Shown here one piece after another: positions 57,811-64,000 of a stretch of 64,000 nucleotides of DNA. The first letter of the stretch is position 1; each line of letters opens with the position of its first letter. Location: NCBI GenBank assembly GCA_965116025.1, contig OZ220480.1:1888001-1952000 (forward strand). The letters are read 5' to 3'. The notes under the pieces are model-generated. The model was not told where the DNA came from, did no database searches, and saw nothing but the letters and a program-made list of their open reading frames with translations. This DNA is from an uncultured candidatus Porisulfidus sp. Lineage in GTDB: Bacteria; Pseudomonadota; Gammaproteobacteria; Poriferisulfidales; Poriferisulfidaceae. The translations under genes and the position numbers were made by a program.

Positions 57811-60800
57811 ATGAGCGAGCAAACCCCGATACGTCCTGGACAGATTTTGGTCGGCATCCTGTTTAACCAGCCGATGCGAGTCGAGACCGTGCATGCGAAT
57901 GGAGCTAACTCTTGGAGTGTGGGTCTGGTCGGTACGCATACGGGACAATTTCGTCGCGTTGTCCTTACCGATGATGCCATCAAGAAGATATCCATCATTG
58001 ATGGATCCAACCACTCATACGATGGCGATGGCCACGTTCTTCGGCTCGGCTTGAAAGCTTGCGCGCTCGGGATCGCCCATGAATTTGATCCTTATTTCGG
58101 CCTTTCGATATCCCGAGTGGATCCACTCCCGCATCAACTCGAAGCAGTCTACGAACACATGCTCAAACTGTCTACAGTTCGGTTTCTGCTTGCCGACGAT
58201 GCTGGTGCAGGCAAGACGATTATGGCGGGTCTACTGGTGCGCGAGCTCAGATTACGTGGACTCGCGGAACGCATTCTAATCGTCTGCCCCGCAAACCTAA
58301 CGTTCCAATGGCAACGTGAACTGAGCGAGAAATTCGACGAGAAGTTCCTCGTGCTCAAAGGTGGAGACATCCGTGATCAATTTGGTGTCAACCAGTGGTT
58401 GGAGCAACAGCGTATCATCACTTCGCTCGACCTCGCAAAACGTACCGATATCCTTCCCGGACTACAGCAAGTGCATTGGGATCTCGTCATCGTTGATGAA
58501 GCGCATCGCATGTCTTGGTCGCCACCAGCCAGAAAGACGGCGCGCTATTCGCTCGGCGAGTTGCTACGCGACAGCACCGACCACATCCTTCTACTAACCG
58601 CCACGCCACACAAAGGCGACCCGGAGAATTTTGCGCGGTTCTTGCAGCTCATCGACCGTGACGCTTATGCTGATGTCAAGTCGATTCATGAGGCCATAAA
58701 CCATCGTCGGGCGCCATTCTACCTACGGCGCACCAAAGAGGCGATGTTCTACTTTCCAGAGCGCCAAACCGACGGCGAATGGAAGGCGCGCCCAGTGTTC
58801 ACGAAGCGCATCCCCCGCACAGTCGGATTCATGATTGATGAGGATGAATGGGAACTGTATTTAGAGATCACCCGATTCGTGAAGCGGCAGAGTGCAAATG
58901 CTGCCGCCCAAAGAGACGATCCTCGCGCACGAGCTGTCGGTTTCCTGATGGTGCTCTACCAAAGACGCCTTGCCTCCAGTGTTTTCGCGATGCGGCACTC
59001 GCTTGAGAACCGGGCCAAACGCCTTGAAAAAAGATTGCAGCGCGCTCAGTTTGTGGCAAAGAACGCACCACCAAGCCTTCCCGATCCTGAGGAGATCGAT
59101 GAGATGGAAGATGATGAGCGGGAACGCTTTGAAGAACTGCTTGATGCGGTCACTTTAGCCGATAACGCCGAGCAAGTGCGCGACGAAATTTTGGAACTGA
59201 GACAGTTTGCGGACAGAGCCAAGGCGATCGAAAACTCTGGCAAGGAGGCGAAGCTCACCAAGCTCAAAGACATACTACAGAGTGAAGGCTTCTTCGACCT
59301 TCCCGGTCAACGCTTGCTCCTGTTCACCGAATTTAAGGATACGCTCAACTGCCTTGTAGACCATCTCAAAACTTGGGGATTTACGGTCGGCTATATTCAC
59401 GGCGGCATGAAGCCTGGTTCGCGTGACGAGCCGGGCACTCGGCTTCACGCGGAACAGCAGTTCCGGGAAGGAAAAACCCAAGTATTGGTCGCCACAGAGG
59501 CGGCAGGCGAAGGTATTAATCTGCAGTGTTGCCATATTCTCTTCAACTACGATATCCCATGGAATCCAAACCGGCTTGAACAGCGCATGGGCCGGATCCA
59601 CCGGTACGGGCAAAATCATGACTGCCTAATCTTCAACTTCGTCGCGACCAATACTATCGAAGGGCGTGTCCTCAAACGTCTGATGGACAAGCTTCAGGAA
59701 ATCAGGGACGCGCTGGATGACGACGTGGTATTCAACGTGATTGGTGAAATCCTGCCCGCCACGCAAATCGAACGTGTATTGCGAGACTACTATGCGGGCA
59801 GGCTGGATGAGGCCAATTTGGAAAACCACATGCTGGAGGGCGTAGACGAAGATCGTTTCCGGGCCATTTGCCAGACCGCGCTCGAAGGCCTCGCATCAAA
59901 GAAGCTTAACCTCGAGATGCTCATCGAGCGACGCGCCAAAGCAAGAGAGCAACGCGTCGTACCGGAGAGCATCGCCCGGTTCATGGTAGATTGCGCCAAG
60001 GATGCGTCGCTGGCCCTCAAATCTGTGCCGAAGCTTGCCCATACGTTCGACCCTGGGCGAACACCGCCCGTCCTGAAGAAACACGAACGAGGCGCGGACT
60101 GGAAGCTCCCACAAATCGCGGCGCGCTATCCCCGTTTGTCGACGGACCGTGAAACGGCAGATCAAAACCATCTGGAATGGATCACACCCGGTCACCCTCT
60201 GTTCGAAGCGTTACGCCTCCACGCTCTTGAAACTGCAAAAAACGTCTTTACTCAAGGGGCATGCTTCCACTCTCTGGCCCATGAGGCACCGACGCGACTC
60301 GACGTATACCGGGCGAAAGTCGTAGACGGATTGGGGCATACTGTTCATGAGCGGCTTTTCGCCGTTGAGTTGCGCGAAGACGGCGAACCGCAACGACGAG
60401 AACCCGGACTGCTTAGCGATCTCACCCCCGCTGCTCCACCAGATAATATCCCATCCGTAGCACATCTTCCAGAGGCCACCGATTGGCTTATGGAAACCAT
60501 GTTGGAACCATTCCTTGAAAAGGTTCAGTCGGAACGTTCGGCTGAGATCGAACGTATCACCAAGCATGTGGAACTGTCGCTTACCGAGGTACTGCAGCGG
60601 ATCGACGTAGAGATTGGCCACGCCGCCGAAGAGGCGAAAAAAGGAAGTGCCGGAGCCAAGGGTCGTCTCACCCAAGCAGAAGCACGTCACGGCGAAGTAC
60701 TGGAGCGGCGCAACCGCCGCAACGAGGAGCTTGAACGGGAGCAAAACGTAACGCTGCAGGAAGTCGAAAGACTAACAAGTTTGCTGATCCTACCTCACCC

Positions 60801-61215
60801 CGAGCGCAGCGCTCCCGAAGTCAAGCGATTGCGGCCAAACCCCGAAACTGAGATGAAGGCGATGCGCGTCGTCATGGACCATGAAAACGCGCGAGGATGC
60901 CAAGTCTACGATGTGCACGAGAAAAATCTTGGTTACGACGTGACGAGCCTCGACCTGCAGTCTGGCGAGCTACGCCTGATCGAGGTGAAAGGGCTTGCCG
61001 CAACAACCGGCAATATCCTGCTTACTCCGAACGAGTTTCGAGTGGCCGAGGACCGCCGAGATTGCTACTGGCTCTATATCGTGACCGGTTGCGCGAGTGC
61101 CCTGAAGCTCAAACTTATCAAGAACCCTGCCCGTCTTCAATGGCGCGACATAACTAAGGTGCAACACTACTGGCTTGCAGTCGACACGTTGCATGCTACT
61201 GGAAGTGACCAGTGA
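57811..61215 (+). CDS. SNF2-family helicase/ATPase with a C-terminal DUF3883 (NOV-C, PD-(D/E)XK) domain
   Basis: LLADDAGAGKT, DEAH, LTATPH, EGINLQ, QRMGRIHR; C-terminal GYDVTS..RLIEVKG..LTPNE. Confidence 0.93.
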   Translation: MSEQTPIRPGQILVGILFNQPMRVETVHANGANSWSVGLVGTHTGQFRRVVLTDDAIKKISIIDGSNHSYDGDGHVLRLGLKACALGIAHEFDPYFGLSISRVDPLPHQLEAVYEHMLKLSTVRFLLADDAGAGKTIMAGLLVRELRLRGLAERILIVCPANLTFQWQRELSEKFDEKFLVLKGGDIRDQFGVNQWLEQQRIITSLDLAKRTDILPGLQQVHWDLVIVDEAHRMSWSPPARKTARYSLGELLRDSTDHILLLTATPHKGDPENFARFLQLIDRDAYADVKSIHEAINHRRAPFYLRRTKEAMFYFPERQTDGEWKARPVFTKRIPRTVGFMIDEDEWELYLEITRFVKRQSANAAAQRDDPRARAVGFLMVLYQRRLASSVFAMRHSLENRAKRLEKRLQRAQFVAKNAPPSLPDPEEIDEMEDDERERFEELLDAVTLADNAEQVRDEILELRQFADRAKAIENSGKEAKLTKLKDILQSEGFFDLPGQRLLLFTEFKDTLNCLVDHLKTWGFTVGYIHGGMKPGSRDEPGTRLHAEQQFREGKTQVLVATEAAGEGINLQCCHILFNYDIPWNPNRLEQRMGRIHRYGQNHDCLIFNFVATNTIEGRVLKRLMDKLQEIRDALDDDVVFNVIGEILPATQIERVLRDYYAGRLDEANLENHMLEGVDEDRFRAICQTALEGLASKKLNLEMLIERRAKAREQRVVPESIARFMVDCAKDASLALKSVPKLAHTFDPGRTPPVLKKHERGADWKLPQIAARYPRLSTDRETADQNHLEWITPGHPLFEALRLHALETAKNVFTQGACFHSLAHEAPTRLDVYRAKVVDGLGHTVHERLFAVELREDGEPQRREPGLLSDLTPAAPPDNIPSVAHLPEATDWLMETMLEPFLEKVQSERSAEIERITKHVELSLTEVLQRIDVEIGHAAEEAKKGSAGAKGRLTQAEARHGEVLERRNRRNEELEREQNVTLQEVERLTSLLILPHPERSAPEVKRLRPNPETEMKAMRVVMDHENARGCQVYDVHEKNLGYDVTSLDLQSGELRLIEVKGLAATTGNILLTPNEFRVAEDRRDCYWLYIVTGCASALKLKLIKNPARLQWRDITKVQHYWLAVDTLHATGSDQ

Positions 61216-61598
61216 CTCAAAAGATTAAACATCTGGAACTCATTCAATGCGTGATCAATCGTCTTGCCGCCAACTCGTTCCGCATCAAAGGATGGGCCGT
61301 CATCCTTGTTTCGGCACTTCTCGTTCTGCTCGTCCGGGAAGGCCGGACCGATCTCGCCTGGATCGGTCTCGTCCCGGTATTCGTCTTCTGGGGGCTCGAC
61401 GGCTACTTCTTGTGGCAGGAGAGATCATTCCGTAGCCTTTATGACCATGTCCGTGTGTTACAAGACGACCATGTAGATTTCTCTATGGACACATCGGCGT
61501 TTCGCCAATTCTGGCTCAATACGGTATTTTCAGTCACCCTATGGCCCTTTTACGTTGCATTGGCCATTTCGATCTCAGCCGCTCTCTTGCTCAAATAA
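61212..61598 (+). CDS. Small 3-TM membrane protein of the type found beside ThsB-like TIR genes
   Basis: HLELIQ.VINRLAANSF.IKGW, WGLDGYFL.QER.FR.LY; GTGA overlap with the helicase stop. Confidence 0.75.
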   Translation: MTQKIKHLELIQCVINRLAANSFRIKGWAVILVSALLVLLVREGRTDLAWIGLVPVFVFWGLDGYFLWQERSFRSLYDHVRVLQDDHVDFSMDTSAFRQFWLNTVFSVTLWPFYVALAISISAALLLK

Positions 61599-61621
61599 TC
61601 AATTACATGGAGACACCTAAG

Positions 61622-62119
61622 ATGAAGCGAAAAGTGTTTTACAGTTTTCACTACGAAAAAGATAGTTGGCGTGCAGCTATGGTGCGTAACATCGGAGCTA
61701 TAGACGGAAATGCGCCAGCCACCGACAACGATTGGGAATCAGTAAAGAAAGGAGGAGATTGGGCGATCAAGAGATGGATCGCAAAACAGATGGAAGGCCG
61801 AACATGCTGCGTCGTCCTAGTGGGGACACATACCGCCAATCGCAAGTGGATCAATCACGAAATCATCAAATCGTGGAACAAAGGCATGGGGCTGGTTGGA
61901 ATACATATTCACGGTTTGAAGGACTGTGACGGGTGCGCATCATCAAGAGGGAGTAATCCATTTGACTTTATCACTTACAGAGATCAGTGCCGAACTTTGT
62001 CGTCCACCGCGAAGTGCTACGACCCACCAGGCAGGAATAGCCGCGAACGCTATGACTGGATCGCTATGCACATATCAAACGCAGTTGAGGAGGCCATTCG
62101 GATTCGTAATGCATGGTAA
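61622..62119 (+). CDS. ThsB-like TIR domain protein (DUF1863 type)
   Basis: KRKVFYSFHY..D.WR...VRN, IKRWI..QM, VVLVG, RKWINHEI with the catalytic Glu. Confidence 0.9.
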   Translation: MKRKVFYSFHYEKDSWRAAMVRNIGAIDGNAPATDNDWESVKKGGDWAIKRWIAKQMEGRTCCVVLVGTHTANRKWINHEIIKSWNKGMGLVGIHIHGLKDCDGCASSRGSNPFDFITYRDQCRTLSSTAKCYDPPGRNSRERYDWIAMHISNAVEEAIRIRNAW

Positions 62120-62152
62120 TCTCGCCGTCCTGTCATCTGGCGAAATGTGCAG

Positions 62153-64000
62153 ATGATTCCCCAGCAGTGCAAGCGCCTAGCGGAGGTGGACTTCCCGATC
62201 GCTGCAGTATCGCGCCATGCGGCACGCGAAAAATCTATTCGCCACGGCCACCCATCGACGTTACATCTCTGGTGGGCACGACGACCACTCGCCTCGTCAC
62301 GGGCAGTACTACTGGGGCTTTTACTACCCGACCCCTGCGACCCTCATTGTCCAGAGGCATTCAAGAAAGAAGCACGTAAAATATTACCAACGGTTGGATG
62401 TCGGCGTGTGAAATCTGACCAAGCCATACGCTATAGCCTTCTGAAATTCATCGCCGACTTCGCTAACTGGGATAACAGCGCAGAACAGATTTATCTTGAT
62501 GCGGGCCGGTCTCTTGTAAGAGCCGCTCATGGGCAGGCTCCACCATTGGTAGTTGATCCGTTTGCGGGAGGTGGATCAATCCCCCTAGAAGCATTGCGGC
62601 TTGGTTGCGATGCGTTCGCAAGTGACCTCAATCCGGTAGCCTGTCTAATTCTCAAGGTTATGTTGGAGGATATCCCGCGTCATGGTCCGGATCTAGCCAA
62701 TGATCTGTGTGCGATAGGTGCTGAAATCAAACAGCAAGCCAAACAGGAGTTGTCAGATCTCTACCCCAATGATACGGACGGTGCAACCCCGATAGCATAT
62801 CTCTGGGCGCGCACGGTAAGTTGCGAAGCACCGGATTGCGGTGCTGAGATTCCGCTGATGCGTTCGTTCTGGCTGTGCAGGAAGACAAAACGTAAGCGAG
62901 CACTACGATTTTCCATCAAACGAAATAAAGGTACTCCACCCCAAGTGACGTTTGATGTGTTCGAACCCAAGACCGATGGCGACGTACATGCAGGCACCGT
63001 GACTCGCGCCAAAGCAACATGCTTGTGTTGCGGCACAGTCCTACCACCTGAACGGGTACGCACGCAGCTCGCTACCGAGCGCGGTGGTGCAGATGTGATT
63101 TTCGATGAGGAAGGCAAACGTATCGGTGGAGCACGAATGACAGCAGTAGTGACGCTTCGACCACACGAAGCGGGCCGCCATTACCGCTTACCGACAGATG
63201 CGGACTATGCAGCAGTGCGTAAGGCGCAAGCACGAGTCGCAAAAATACTGGGAAAGTGGGAGCGTGGTGGTAGGCAGGGGCTATGCCCAGTGCCAAATGA
63301 ACCTTTACCACCAATCGGGACACTAGGATTTCGAGTTCAGCGCTACGGCATGCTCAAGTGGGGCGATCTGTTTACCGCACGGCAGAAGATTGCACTGGTG
63401 GAACTGACAAATCTAATTCGACAGGCTGGTAGCAAATCCGAAATTGGACTTATCTCTGCCGCAATCAGCCGATGTGCAACCCACTGGTCGTCTGGAACAA
63501 TGTGGATACAGGACCTCGAAGCTGTAGCAAATATATTTGGCCGACAAGCATTACCTATCGTTTGGGATTTTGCAGAAGCATGCGGTTTCGGCGACGGTGG
63601 AGCGACTTTAGATGGACAAGTTAGCTGGATTGCCAAAGTGGCGGGGCAACTTCCCATTCGAAAAGCAGCAAACATACAAGCTTCAGATGCCGCTGACTAC
63701 CCACTCCCGGATCAAAGCGCAACTATCTGGTTTACGGATCCACCTTATTACGATGCCGTTCCGTATGCCGACTTATCCGATTTTTTTATGGTTTGGCTAA
63801 AGCGCGGTCTGCCCAATCACCCTCTCTTGCGTGACCCCTACGATCCAAACAACCCTCTTACGCCCAAGGACCGTGAAGCAGTACAGGACGAAACAAAGAA
63901 AAATGATGGTCGCTCCAAAGATCGTTCATGGTTCGAGGAAACTATGGCGAAAGCGTTCACCGAGGGAAGGCGCGTTCTTACCAAGGATGGTGTTGGTTCT
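62153..64000 (+). CDS. DUF1156-containing adenine-specific DNA methyltransferase; runs off the right edge
   Basis: Absent from the ORF track because it has no stop in the window. Hand translation gives MIPQQCKRLAEVDFPI..REKSIRHGHPSTLHLWWARRPL, DPFAGGGSIPLEA (62555) and FTDPPYYD (63731), all in one frame. Confidence 0.92.
   Translation, partial: MIPQQCKRLAEVDFPIAAVSRHAAREKSIRHGHPSTLHLWWARRPLASSRAVLLGLLLPDPCDPHCPEAFKKEARKILPTVGCRRVKSDQAIRYSLLKFIADFANWDNSAEQIYLDAGRSLVRAAHGQAPPLVVDPFAGGGSIPLEALRLGCDAFASDLNPVACLILKVMLEDIPRHGPDLANDLCAIGAEIKQQAKQELSDLYPNDTDGATPIAYLWARTVSCEAPDCGAEIPLMRSFWLCRKTKRKRALRFSIKRNKGTPPQVTFDVFEPKTDGDVHAGTVTRAKATCLCCGTVLPPERVRTQLATERGGADVIFDEEGKRIGGARMTAVVTLRPHEAGRHYRLPTDADYAAVRKAQARVAKILGKWERGGRQGLCPVPNEPLPPIGTLGFRVQRYGMLKWGDLFTARQKIALVELTNLIRQAGSKSEIGLISAAISRCATHWSSGTMWIQDLEAVANIFGRQALPIVWDFAEACGFGDGGATLDGQVSWIAKVAGQLPIRKAANIQASDAADYPLPDQSATIWFTDPPYYDAVPYADLSDFFMVWLKRGLPNHPLLRDPYDPNNPLTPKDREAVQDETKKNDGRSKDRSWFEETMAKAFTEGRRVLTKDGVGS

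Overview
High-GC gammaproteobacterial chromosome segment. It is mostly housekeeping genes on the minus strand: moaAB, rpoBC-rplLJAK-nusG-secE-tRNA-Trp-tuf plus four more tRNAs, rluC, adk, the full isc operon, suhB, secFD-yajC, tgt-queA-purA-hisZ and hflCKX-hfq-miaA-mutL. Accessory DNA is inserted at several points. (1) At the left edge is the 5' end of a secreted protein with a G23 tract inside its signal-peptide region, currently out of frame and a candidate for phase variation. (2) A C5 methyltransferase is paired with a NotI-like endonuclease. (3) An amino-methyltransferase-HNH fusion lies next to the tRNA cluster. (4) There is a vapC pseudogene. (5) A metal-uptake locus (imelysin, LbtU-like porin, di-heme protein) with Fur- and Zur-like boxes and a structured leader splits tgt from yajC. 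(6) A frameshifted adenine methyltransferase sits inside hflX-hflK. (7) From about 51 kb to the end is a defence island, which is the best candidate for a little-described system. It holds a coupled TIR(tandem)-SLOG-TIR operon with no SIR2 or Macro effector. Divergent from it is an SNF2-helicase/DUF1156-methylase operon with a nested membrane-protein + TIR cassette. An intact IS1595 (perfect 25-bp IRs, 8-bp target duplication) lies between the two operons. All family assignments come from motif recognition by eye; no database searches were run.
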